In this document: positions 45,384 to 59,215 of the stretch, piece after piece
How the letters are laid out: each line of letters opens with the position of its first letter
Numbering within the stretch: position 1 is the first letter of the stretch
Assembly (NCBI RefSeq): GCF_009914755.1
Contig: NC_060939.1
Strand: one strand, 5' to 3'
Length of the DNA: 64,000 nt
Source: the human T2T-CHM13v2.0 reference genome, Homo sapiens
Notes under the pieces: model-generated
Told to the model about the DNA's origin: nothing
Database searches by the model: none
Seen by the model: the letters and a program-made list of their open reading frames with translations, nothing else
Translations under genes and position numbers: made by a program

Positions 45384-48300
45384 TAACTGCTAAAACACAA
45401 ACAATAATTTCTCTAGTATGATTGCAGGATGAAATCCTCCATTCTTGTTACTATGTTTGCCTCACAGAATAGTTTTTCACTGGAAATGAGCTTCATGACC
45501 AAAGAATGAGATTCAGTTTTCCAAGACTGAAGGAAATGTTCGCCCTGAACTTCCTTAACAACCATTAAGAAGGGAACTAAACTCTCCTCTCATATTCCAT
45601 CTTAGTGTAAAGCCTTTAGGTACTGACATCTCTCAACTCAAAAACAGGGCATAGAGTACTTTAAGCCAAGCAGAAACACCGGCTGATCAGTCTGTCGACA
45701 GGGAAATCAAGCAGCACCACTGCTATTCCTGCAGACCCTCCACAATGGGAGGAAACTGGGTCAGCACTGCAGAAGTGGAGGGGAAAAGGACTGAGTAAAA
45801 GCAGATCATTTTAATGTATACATCTATGCCTTAAAAAAAAACCCTCCAAAAAACCCTCAAAGCCTTTTCTGCAATGCCAACAACATGGATGCGACCTCTT
45901 GAAAAACCTAAGACACAAGCTCTAACAGATACTAAACAGGACCAAATAAGCCAATTTCAGGAAGATAAAGGCTATTCAGAGCCAACTTTTTACTAATGTA
46001 CTATTGGAAACTGAAGTTTCAGTTTATTATTTGCAGCTTTTCCAAAAAAAAAAAAAAAAGCAAAAAAGCAAAATCAACTGTGAAATTAAAAAATCTCCCA
46101 AATCTCCACCTGGAGCTAAGGAAGATTCTGGTTATGTGTACTTCTGGATTAGAGATGCAACAAGCCACCTCGGGACTCTCTTCCATGGAGCATGGCCAGA
46201 TAGACACACTGCTCAGTATCATCCTAAGTTCTTCATGTCCCACATCAAGCCCTATTCATCCATCACCTCTGCCGTACCTCATGGCCCCATTCTCTCTTGT
46301 CTGCAAGCTCCTCAAGAGTGGCATCTGACTCATCTTTGCAGCCCCAGTCCTGGCACAGAGCAGGAATGGTAAATACCTGATAGATTAGTGATGGAACAAA
46401 AGAATGAACAAGTGAAAGGACTTATTTCAGACAGTAAAAATGTTCTGTGAGATATGATAGATTAACACAACATAGAGGCATGTTAAATATAACAAGGAGA
46501 AATACTGCTCACTGGATTCCATTCCCTAACAGTTTATACATAAAGATGGATGAAACAATCCTGTGATATTAGAGATGATTTCTTCATCTCATGGGGACAG
46601 AAAGGGAAAATCAAGCTGTCTCAATGATGAACCAACAAAATATTAAAACTAAGAGAGAAAAAAACCTTCGCAAGCATGTGGCGTTAAATACCTTATATGC
46701 AAATCTAAAAAGAAAATAATCCTCATACAAATCTAGGTAGACTTAAAGAACACAGAAAGCTTCCCCATCTCTTGTTCCTCTCTTTTCATACCACACTAAC
46801 TTCCTGTGCCAATCACTTGGCACTTCTTATACAGTGCTCTGATTACATTTCTGGATGGCTTAATACCATAATAATAAGACTGGATGCTCTTCAGATACAC
46901 CATTTCATACTTGTCCCTATCCCTCTTAGCATCCAGAAAAAGCAAGTACACTAAAAATCCTTAACCATAATTATCTTCTCCGTTCAAACTGCCACCTTTC
47001 CAACTTGTAGTGTTCAAATGCTCTCCCAATCCCTTAAGACCAAGATCAAATGTTGCTTCTTCTGTTAAGTCACTCAGATCCCCTCAACTAAAATCAAAGC
47101 TCTCTGTATATTTAGCTGTATTTTTTTGTGTGGCCCTTACCACTTTCTACTTTACGCAAAGTTATTTGTGTCCATGTAGTAGACTGTAAAGCCTATACTC
47201 TCCTATGTCTGTGTTCCTACCCAGGGCCAAGCACAGGATGCACACACTGCAGGTATCAAGCAAAGTGTTTTCAGTGACTGAAAATATCTCATTCTAGAAA
47301 GGTGAATTCCCGTTTACCCCTTTTCTAATTCTCTGCATTCAGACATATGAAACTGGAAAAAACTTTCACAGAAAGCTTGGTAATTCTGATTTGATTGAGA
47401 AAAACATACCTTTAAAGATAAGATGTGTGGCTTCCCTTATGTACCTGGCATAATACCTTAAAAGCTCTGCCTTCCCCTGCTCTCACCCACTGTGAGACTG
47501 ACAACTGACTAATAGGATTAGTGGCTCCATTCTAATAACCCCACTTAGCTAAAGGCCAGCAAAAAATGACAGTCTCAATCTGAATTACACAGTCAGGGAA
47601 TCCATCCAATTATTAACTAGAGTAACTGTTATTACCTCTCCCAATCAAAGAAGAGGCAGCTGTTAATCTTTGGCAGCCTGCAAAGGCTAGTGGCCTTTGT
47701 ACTTGACTTTTCTGTAGACAATAATTATGTTCTTTGTGATCAGGGAGGAAGGCCTTCAAAGCTTTTTAGACAGAGGTGGCAGATGGGGAAAACTGTTTGC
47801 GTGTTCATTAGCAGTATAGGCTACATTTGTTCTGAGCATCTGTGGCACCTTAAGACCTGTTTAGAGAAAATACAAGTAGGTTTTGGCAAGTCCATAAATT
47901 TAGAACTCAGTAGCCTAATTTATAGAGATGAGAACGTCCTGAAGTGAAAATTTTTATGGTCGTTTTTCCCAATATGGAAAACTTTACTAACACTTAAAAG
48001 ACATCATTTCCACTTTTCTACTATCCTTGTCTGTTAATGTTAGTTTAAAAGAAGGAAGCACAATGAGATGATGCTCCTTGTTCTGTGTTTTTCCCTTACA
48101 AGCTTCCTAACTGCTGGCTTCTTTATATTCCTATAATCTACATAAATATCTATGCTCAGCTTTTCAGCTGTAGGCACTAACACTGATAGTACTAGGTTTT
48201 GGGGTCAAGGATGTTACAAGAACAAAAACATACTGTGGGAAGGTGATGCCAAAAACAGTAAAATTATAAGCTACAGTTTGAAGGCTTAGGCGATACAGTA

Positions 48301-49394
48301 AGTGGGGCTGAGAGGCTAGAAAAGCTTTCTCAGTATCAGAGGAACAATTCCTTTGCGATGCTAATTGGAAGTTGGACTCTTTGGAAGACGCTCCCTGAGG
48401 GAGCTGAATTGTGCCATTTCTGACCCATTTGGACTAAGGAAGGAAAGAGCAGAGTGAGTGAGAGAGGGTGAGTGCAGTAACTGAAGGACAGAAGCAGACC
48501 ACAAGACCTCAGTGGTCTTTCTCTTTCTTTTTAAGCTGTTGGGAGATAGATGACCAAAGATTAGTATGAAGAGTTCATTACTGCAACTATGGTTCCTTTT
48601 TTCTTTGCCCCTATATCTCAAGTATCCTGAATGTTTTAAAGTTTGAAGGTAAAAGAAATTTGGGACTATGAGAGCAAAGAAAATTTGCTTTGGGCAAATG
48701 GGTTATATAGACAAGAGCCAGTAACATGGACAAACTCTAATGGGTCCAGCAGCTCCCAGGAGGCAGGACCTTAGAGCTCAGAGGCTTTTCTCAGAGGTGG
48801 CAATTTCTATTTTCTCTCCATCATAACACTTTTGCTTCTTTACTGATTTTTCTATTTATTTGGTTGTAAACTAAATCATAATGATTATAGTATCTGTTTA
48901 CTTCATCACAAACTAGATTGCGAGGTCTCTAACAGCTGGAATTATGTTTATATTGCGTCTAGCAAAAAGCAGGTGTTCAATAAATATTTGCTGAATCAAA
49001 GAATAAAGTTACAATCAATTTAATTCCTGGGGCTCTGACATCAGAAATTCCCTTAAGAGGAGAGACAGCCCATCAATGAGAAAGAAAAGGCTTAGAATCC
49101 CACAGCCTTGGAAAAGTCAAGGTAAGGGTACAAGTAAGCTAGGAACTTTGGAAAACGTTACTGGTCCTTGTCTGTGCTGACAGAGAAGGCAGGCCCTACT
49201 GTTAGGCCTGCCTGAAGGGAAAGAGGGAAAGGAGAGACCAGAGATGTGAAGGCCAACCACAGGGCCTTTGTCAATCATCCTGTCTTACTCATCTTGGCAT
49301 CAGTTTTTTTTGCGTTATTCTTAGGGAAAGTAGTGACCCAGAACTCAGAACTTTCTTTCTTTCTTTTTTTTTTTATATATATTCTTTTAAAAAA

Positions 49395-49924
49395 TTTTTT
49401 AAATTATACTTTAAGTTCTGGGATACATGTGCAGAATGTGCAGGTTTGTTACATTGGTATACACGTGCCATGGTAGTTTGCTGCACCCATCAACCTGTCA
49501 CCTACATTTGGTATTTCTCTTAATGCTATCCCTCCCCTAGCACCACCCCCCACCCCACCCCCGCAACTGGCCCCAATGTGTGATGTTTTCCTCCCTGTGT
49601 TCTCATTGTTCAATTCCCACTTATGAGTGAAAACATGCAGTGTTTGGTTTTCTGTTATTGTGTTACTTTGCTGAGAATGATGGTTTCCAGCTTCATCCAT
49701 GTCTCTGTAAAGGACATGAACTCATCCTTTTTTTATGGCTGCATAGTATTCCATGGTATGTATGTGGCACATTTTCTTTATCCAGTCTATCATTGATGGA
49801 CATTTGGGTTGGTTCCAAGTCTTTGGTATTGTGAATAGTGCTGCAATAAACATATGTGTGCATGTGTCTTTATAGTAGAATGATTTATAATCCTTTGGGT
49901 ATATACCCAGTAATGGGATTGCTG
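49395..49924 (-). mobile_element. L1PA 3' fragment
   Basis: Antisense L1PA 3'UTR; TSD gtgacccagaact at 49333 and 49925. Confidence 0.92.
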
Positions 49925-50466
49925 GTGACCCAGAACTTTCTATATCCTGAGGGACAGAGGGGGAAAGCAATTCTTGGGAGTCAAAACAAACTTAAGGAGG
50001 AAACAGGAACCCAAATTTTACTTTTATCAAATTACCATCTTGGAGGGCTACTGAGAGCAACATTTCGAGGGCTTATCATGTAACAGGCCCTGGGCTATCT
50101 TCACATATAAGTCCTCACAACAATCCTATGAGGTAGGATTCATCAGCCCCATTATACAGATAAGGAAATCAGTCTTAGAACAATCAGTTACTTGCTCAAA
50201 TGTACAAAGCTAGAGGTAGCAGAGCTGGGGACTGAGTCTAGGTTTATCTGATTTCTGAGTGTGTAATGGGTTTACACCAAGAGTGCTGTGGGAAAATCTT
50301 GCATGTAACTGCAAGTATGCGTTTGACTTTTGGCACCCTTATCTCTAAATAGCCCAAATTTATAAAATCTTGGGCTACTTAGAGCCCAAGATTTTACTAT
50401 ATATACATACACTTTTAAAAATATATTTTTAAAACTTTTTATTTTCAAGTAATTTTAGATTTATAG

Positions 50467-50830
<364 letters not shown>

Positions 50831-53384
50831 ATATTAACATCTTATATAACCATGGTATGTTTATCAAAACTAAGAAATTATATTGGTAGTATACTTTTAA
50901 CTAACCTACAGCCTTTATTTTGATTTTCTGTTTTTCTATTGATGTCCTCCTTTTTCTGTTCCAGGATTGAATATAGAATACCACATGCATTTAGCTTAAT
51001 AATATTTTAAAGATAAGTAAAGTTACTTTTAGGATTAGAGGAGGGATCCCGAGCTTTCTTATATTAGCATTCACTAGCAGCTAAAAAAAAAAATCCTTGA
51101 AATAATCCAGACTCAAAGAATATAAAGGAATGTTAAGTTTGACTATCACAAGTAAATAAAAAGGAAATGAAAGAGCTAACTAGATTCTAAGGGACTGAAA
51201 TATGAGTAGTTCTTTTAACCAGTGGTGCAGTTCTTGAGATTGCCAGGAAATGGGAAGAAATGTGCACACAGCAGGAGGGAAACAGGCCTTGGGTAAGGTG
51301 GCAGGAAATGTGGGAAAATGTGGGACCAGGGTTAGAAAAGACTCCAGGTGGCCCAAGATGGGCTCCCTGCAGCTCAAGCCCCAGCTGGCCTTCAATAGTT
51401 CCTCAGCCAGGGCATCTTTCAAAACACCTTCCTTCCTGGATATCAGAACTGGAGCTCATCTCTGCAGGCTCTGCTTCCAACTTCAGCAGAGATACTGCTT
51501 CAGGCTTTAGAGTACGCCTTTTCCACTTGTGCCATGATAAGATATTTATTGCAATATATATATTTTTTCTTTCCAAGAAGCAGCTGGGGTAAAAGTCTTT
51601 AGATGAGGCACAAGGAAAGTCAAGCACAGCTAATTTTAGAGATGATCCTGTTAGCAAGTACTGGGTCTGCTTAATTTAGTCTAAAGGAAACGAAGGGAAG
51701 GAAACAGCTAGTGATAGGCAGGGGCAGGGTTTTCTCAGATGGATTATCTGGAGCCTGCTCTCTGGAGCTAGAGACCCTCCTGTTCTCTAGCACCTAAAAG
51801 GCTTATGGGAGAAACACAGGAGGCAAAAACATTGCAAAATGTGTTCCTATCAGACTATCTGACACAAAATGCAGTGCAGCAAGGAAGAAGGTAAAGATGA
51901 ACCACCTTTCAGCACGGGGACTTCAAGGTACCCACATTAATCTATACTTTGGTCATGGATGAACAGTGTTTAACATTGTTGAGCTTCTGTTCTCCATCAT
52001 AATGTCACAAATAATACCTTCTTATATGGAGAACAGTGTGAAAACTTTTTTCAGAATATCTGTTCTTCTTGATTTTGCTAAAGCAAATGTGATCAAGTGT
52101 TTACTGAAGAGTTAATATTGCCCCACTGAATTCTAACTTTAGAGCTACTCTGTGCTGCTACTATTAGCTAGTGAGAATAAGACCTTTACTAAAGGTGAAC
52201 TGAAACATTTAAAAGGCTGCTCATTTACGGCAAACAAAACTCAGAAGAGTCGTTAAGCCTGGAGGACACCCGACCATTAAATAATTTTATGAAAAGGCAA
52301 ATATAAAATCCCTTCCTATTCATAAGGAGCACTTTTAAGTTCATTCGAAGAGAAATTTGAGGATTAATTTATATTTACACAACGCTTTTAATCTGAAATT
52401 TAAAATACATTTAGCTTTAAGTCAGCAGGCAAGTTTATATCCTCACTACACAGGCAAGTGATCATATAGAAAATAAATGTAAAGATCCTAAAAAAAAACT
52501 ATACCTCTGAAAATATTCATTTGTAAATATTAAATGGCACACAACACCAGGAGGCCTTTTTAGCAGGGAAAGGGAGAAGTAGGGATCTGAGAAAGATAGG
52601 CAGGAATGACATATTTTATCAGGGGAATCAGGTAGAAAGACCATTTAAGGTTGTTAACTTTGTGATATAAGTGATTTCAGAATAAGTCTTGTCCTAGCAG
52701 CTATAGCCCAGAACATCTACTGTCCACTAGACTATGAGCTCCTTATGGGCATGGACTGTGTATCCACTGTTCAGAAGCTATTACAATAGTGGCTAAGAGC
52801 ATGGCCTATGAAATAATTCTGCCAGAGTTTGGATCTTAACTCCTCCTCTTATCCTCTTGATGCCTCGGTGTTCTTATTCATATAACAGGGCTAATACTTC
52901 CTATCTCAAGTGCTTGTTTAGATGACTGAATAATCTGCATAAATGTTAGTGATGATCATCTTTGAATTCTGTCCCCCAAACTCCTCTAGCTAAATAAGTG
53001 CCTAATAAATTTTTATGAAACAAATGTTAGTTCCTACTCTAGAGAGCTCTTCCTTTTTCTAGGCTTCACATTTCATTTCTATTTCATTCAATGCTAAGTG
53101 ATACTCATAATAGTATACCCTTAATGTTCTTGATGGACATATCCTGGGATCTTCGTAGTATCTTAAAATTGTACTACAGTATAGTTTCTCTCATAAAACC
53201 TCTATTTTAGCTAAGAATCTAACTACTCACTCATGTTACTTCCTCAAAGGGGCCTTCTCTAACCTCTAGATTGTGTTTAGTCTTCCTACTATATCCATGA
53301 ACAACTGTGTATTTCCTCAGTTATAATAGTGATCACTCTTTATTGTAATTATTTGTTTGTCTAGAAGGACAGAGCCTATAGCTA

Positions 53385-53695
53385 TCTTTTGTTTTTTTGT
53401 TTTTGTTTTTGTTTTGAGACAAAGTCTCACTCTGTCACCCAAGCTGGAGTGCAGTGGTGTGATCATAGGTCACTGCAGCCTCCACCTCCTGGGCTTAAGT
53501 GACCCTCCCAACCCAGCCTTCGAGTAGCTGGGACTACAGGCACATGCCACCACACCTGGCTAGTTTTTGTATTTTTAGTAGAGATGGGGTTTTGCCATAT
53601 TGCTCAGGCTGGGCTTGAACTCCTGAGCTTAAGTGACCCAACCACCTTGACCTCCCAAAGTCCTGGGATGACAGGCATGAGCCACTGTACCCAGC
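53385..53695 (-). mobile_element. AluJ
   Basis: Alu match; TSD agcctatagct. Confidence 0.9.
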
Positions 53696-54593
53696 CTATA
53701 GCTGTCTTATCACTGCTGTTTCCCATGTGCTTGGTCCATTTTAAAAAATCACTAACATTTGTTGTACTCATACACACCCCCCACCCCCTCAACAGACAAA
53801 CACACACATGCCCTCTAAGTACTCTCCTAAGTGCTGCCTTGCAAGAACTGTCTCATATCACAACAGCATGAGGTTGATACAATTACTATTCCCATCTACA
53901 TGTGGAAACTAAAGCTCAGAGAAAATAAGTAGTTGGCTTATGATTATATAAATAGTAAGTGCTGATCAGGAAGTCAAACCCAGATATGTCTGACTCTAGA
54001 ATCTGAGCTTTCAAACACCATAGTATATTGCCTCCCTGCATGGTACACACTGAAAAACAAAATTGTTTAATTGAACTAAAATGTCTATAAAGTGAATGCA
54101 ATTATATAAAGGGTCAGTGGCGGGAAGTTTTCCTAGACAGATGATAGCACTACAGATATAATGAACTAAAAACTTTTAGATTAGAGATAGCTCTATGTTA
54201 CTCCTGAGAGAAAAGTTACTGAAGCTTTGAAAAGGGTCATTATTCAAGTAGCTAAGAATAAATGGTAAAAGACAGAAAATAAGTACAGAATTCAGGAATT
54301 TTAGATTAGCAAGGAATGTGAAAATCATCTCATTTCTTTATGAAAATTAAATACTATTAGATGAGACAAAGATATGCCTTGGAATATATTAGGATGGTCA
54401 TTTTGGGTATCTGTATACTTACTAGCTTTTTATGGTATATTTTATAACTCACTGTCTTGGATTCATATATAAACAGGCTTTGTTAATATATCAATTCAGC
54501 AAACTATCTAGTACCTAGAATATATAAGGAATGTATAGTTGGTGCTTTAGAAGACCAAATCTAAGGTCAGAAAAAAAAAACCCCAAATAATTA

Positions 54594-54667
54594 GGCTCAC
54601 GACTGTAATCCCAGCACTTTGGGAGGGTGGGGAGAGAGGATCTCTGGAGGCCAGGAGTTCGAGACCA
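54594..54667 (+). mobile_element. Alu left-monomer fragment
   Basis: ggctcacgactgtaatcccagcactttggg...ggagttcgagacca. Confidence 0.8.
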
Positions 54668-55833
54668 ATTTTCATTAGTTAATAAACTGAAGTGATAAGA
54701 AGAGTTAGCCCTTCATAGCTGTAGTTCGGTTATCCATTTGTGTCCCTGATGTTACAATTAAGTATCACAATAATACATAAATGATATACCTTATATAAAG
54801 CGTATACAAAGCTGTTAACAATATTAACAAAATGGCCTAATTAAAAAACACAACTTGTTGAAATACTGACTTCTACATATTCCTCCCATAATTCCAAAAT
54901 AGGTCAGCTTAACTCTCATGAAGTATTAATGTCTTTAATAAAAGTGGCACACTGCTTTAAATAAATGTATTAAATTTGTTTAAAAAATCTATTAAATTTG
55001 TTTCTATGGCAATGGATGCAAAGTTAGTAGACAAGTCTCTAAAGTCTTCTATCAAATGAACTCAGCAGTCTTATCGCCCTGTGTCCCCAGATACTAGGGT
55101 ACCAATTTGTTTATCACTGATCTTGAATATAAGGATGTTAATGCATTATTCAGAAATGCATTATACATTTTACTGCTTTTGTAGAGAATTTAATTCAGAG
55201 AATGCTTTGTGCCCGCAAGAATTTAGTGTAAATTACACATAAAAAATCATGTAATATGTTTCTGACAAGTGATTTATACGTTCCTATTCATCAAAGTAGA
55301 CTGTTAGTGTATAATATTATTTCTCATTTACATGGGGAATTCTATTCTGAAAAATCCAAAATGCATTGTTACTAACTTTCATTTTCTAAAAATTGTAAAA
55401 ACCTATGGAGAATAATAATTTAGGTCAAATTATGAGACAGAGACAGAGAGCAAGTACCCCAGTATAATTTATTCCAATTTGAATTTGGTGGAGAGATACT
55501 TCTTCAATCACTATACAATGACTGATTCACCAGTAGGAAGTCAGTTACAAGATTGCTGATTTCAATTCTATCAATAAAGCAATGGTTCATCTTCAAATAA
55601 TAAACTAATTTTTAAGTTTTATATTTTGAGGAAAAAGTAAAACTGTGATACTCAAATTCTAATTCTGAAGGTCATTTGCACCTACAGCTTGTAGCAAGAT
55701 GTGAAAAATATGGACTGTACAGAGATTGTTGAAATACATACAAGCATGTGCAAAATGCAAACTTCAGATTTTTACACTAAGACAGAGTAGTAAATAAGTA
55801 TTTCAACCATAAAGTGTAAATGTTAACAAAATG

Positions 55834-56020
55834 TTGGGGGATGGGGACATTAGAGGAGTGACGACTAAGGTGTAGAATTTCTTTTTAGGGTAATTAAATG
55901 TTCTAAAATTGATTGTGGTCATGGTTGCACAGCTCTGTGACTATACTAAAAGCCACTGAATTGTACAGTTTAAATGGGTGAATTGTAAGTCATAAAATTA
56001 TGTATAAATAGAGCTGTTAA
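55834..56020 (+). mobile_element. Short L1MB/MC 3' end
   Basis: ttgtggtcatggttgcacagctctgtgactatactaaaagccactgaattgtac; TSD aaat(g/a)ttaacaaaatg at 55818 and 56021. Confidence 0.8.
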
Positions 56021-57869
56021 AAATATTAACAAAATGGTCTAATTAAAAATACAACTTCATGTGATATGTTTCTGACAAGTGATTTATACATTCCTATTCA
56101 TCAAAATAGACTGTTAGTATATAATGTTATTTCTCATTTACATGGGGAATTCTATTCTGAAAAATCCAAAATGCATTGTTACTACATAAATACATATATA
56201 ATATATATAAATGTTGGTTCCCTAGATATTCCTCCCATAATTCCAAAATAGGTCAGCTTAACTCTCATGAAGTATTCATGTCTTTAATAAAAGTGGCATA
56301 TTGCTTATATTGCTTTAACCAATCATGATATATAAAATTCAAATTAGAAGACAATTTTATAAAAATATTTTTTACCTTATAAAGGGGTTCACACTCAGTT
56401 AAACTAATTGGAGTTATAAAGTTTTAAATAATAGATGAGAAATATATATTTGCATAAAATGAGGAAGACTTGAAATCAGGCAAAACTCCATGATACTAAG
56501 TTTGGATATGCCACATTTTTGTTTCTCAAACCAGCCAACCCATTTCCAATATTGTGACCACAGAAGTACTGAGCTATGGTTCCCAGGTCAGTCACTGATT
56601 GTCCTTTATGTAAATCTGATAGAACCGACTAATAATCAACAAAGAGATTCAGAATCTATTTGCTTTGGAAAAATGAGTAATAATATAAATAACTTTTAGG
56701 ATCCAAATTCCAAAGGCAATTAAATTACATCCAGGGAATCATTTATTCACTCAATAAACATTTTTGGGCATCCACCCAATGCCAAATACTGAGGTGGGTC
56801 TGCTTTAGGAAGACAGTTAAACAACCATAATTGCATAGTACATATTATAACATAAGTACAATCAGAGGGCTCAGAGAGCACAGAAGAGTAATAACGGTTT
56901 ACTTTTTTTTGAAGAAAATACATACTTTATATATGAAAAATAACTACTGCAGCATGTTTCCATGTATGCTTGGAGAGGATGATATGCTTTCCATTTCAAA
57001 GTCCCAGTCAGTAAAAAATGTGCATAAATCAACAACCACCAATCCCAATTGTTGTGTGTAACTTTGGTGACTTCACTTAACCTCTCCTACCTTAGTTTTT
57101 TCATACACACCATGAATTCCTGACTTTCCTAAGACTGAAATAACTGTCAGTACTGAAATAAGACTCTTATGTTAAACTATGGTTTAAAGTTCCTTCAAAA
57201 CATCAACACAATCAGCTTAACACAAATCTTCCTTATCTTGATGGCCCAATTACTCAAATACTTTACTTACTTTACCAGCAAATCTGTAAAAATTCCATAG
57301 CTTTGCAAGACAACATGCAGCAGTAAAATACTGTAAAATGCTTTCCTCTTACAGCAAAAGCAAAACAAAAACAAAAATTCAGATATATGAACCAGCCATG
57401 CACGCAACATTTCTATGCTCTGTATAGATGGCACTAGTCTACCCTGTGGAGAATGGAGAGCCATGGTAGAAGGCCTTGAGAAGACTAGTGTCTATATAAT
57501 GAGACAAAAGTGATAATAAGTAGCTATAAGATAAGGCAAAATTTGGTAGGTGTCTGAAGAAAAGTGCAGACAAAGTGTTTCAGAGTTCAAAGAAGAGAAG
57601 ATCATTACTTCTGGGAAAATATTTTCATTTAAATTACTAGACATTTATGGATGATTCCATTAGAAACAAGATCAATATAAATATAAGTGAATATTTTAAA
57701 ATATATTCACTTAATATTTACATCTTACTGCATATTTTTGACTCTATATTTTTATGACACTCAGACATAGAAAATGACAGTCCCAAATTCTGCTTAGAAA
57801 AGTTCATTCTGTGCTTTAAGATGTTTAAGATAGCTGTTACAGCTTCTGGAGTTGTGTTTTTTTGTTCTG

Positions 57870-57901
<32 letters not shown>

Positions 57902-58559
57902 ATTCATGTAAAGACTTACCAATACGTAAGAGTGTATGCATGAAATGAAACAAGAATTGAAAGTTAATTTTGAAAGATCTAGGGAATAAATATGAATGGT
58001 AGGTTTACATACAGGGAAGATCTAAGTGACCTAACCATTCAAATAATCCATTGTATGCCCCTTAAAATGTGAAAAATTAAACATAATTACTGACCATATT
58101 AAAACAGACTAAACTAATACATGATTGTTAGGCATAATTTATTTTTTGGTAAAGCTAGATTTTCTGTATGTATACCTAAAAAATATATAGGCATTCCTTT
58201 GTCTGGGTGCCTATTTTAATTAGTCACTGTTAGAATTTTATCCTGTTAAAAGATTTTCACGGGTAGATCAAGTAATTTTATCTTTTTCTTTATGACATCA
58301 TTAGCCCCATCTTAGGATTTAACTGATTTTGAATTCTTGGTCTAAAACACAAACTTATAATTATGATGTTTTTCCTGCATAGTAATTTTGATTCATAGGA
58401 TTAGTAACCTATTGAAAATCTTCACTCTCCTAAACTCATATCTATCATAAGGCCCTTAGCATACTTTAACTCCCAATTATATGCCGTCCTACTATGTTAT
58501 TGTTGTGGACTACAGTGTAATTTTTTTTCTTTTTTAAATATAAATAAAAAAGTAATTTT

Positions 58560-59215
58560 ATTTTAAAAATTTCAACTTTTATTTTAGATACAGGGGGAAC
58601 ATGTGTGGGTTACATGGGAATACTACATGATGCTGAGGTTGAGCCCATCACCCAGGTAGTGAGCACAGTACCCAACAGGTAGTTTTTCAACTTGCTCCCC
58701 CTCCCTCCCCTTCTAGTTGTCCCCATTGTCCACTGCTTCCATCTTTATGTCCATATGTGTTCAGTGCTTAGCTCCCACTTATCAGTGAGAACATGTGGTA
58801 TTTGGTTTTCTGTTCCTGCATTAGTTTGCTCAGGATTATGGCCTTCATGTTGTTGCAAAGGACATGATTTCATTCTTTTTTATGGCTGTGTAGTATTCAA
58901 TGGTGTATACATACCACATTTTCTTTATTCAATCCACCATGGATGGGCACCTGGGTTGATTCCATGTCTTTACTATTGTGAATAGCACAGCGGTGAACAT
59001 AAGAGTACATGTGTCTTTTTGGCAGAATGCTTTATTTTCTTTTGGGTATACACCCAAGTAATGGGATTGTTGGGTCAAATGGTAGATCTGTTTTAAGTTC
59101 TTCAAGAAATCTCCAGACTGCTTTCCACAGTGGCTGGACTAATTTACGTTCCCACCAACAGAGTAGACGCATTCCTTTTTCTCTCAGCCTTGCCAGCATC
59201 TGTGGTTTTTTGACT
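58560..59215 (-). mobile_element. L1PA15/16-like 3' fragment
   Basis: cccatcacccaggtagtgagcacagtacccaacagg and downstream antisense L1 sequence. Confidence 0.85.

Noticed and set aside
45666-45702. Adjacent 8-bp and 10-bp palindromes (ctgatcag, ctgtcgacag)
   Set aside because: Short enough to arise by chance in 64 kb.
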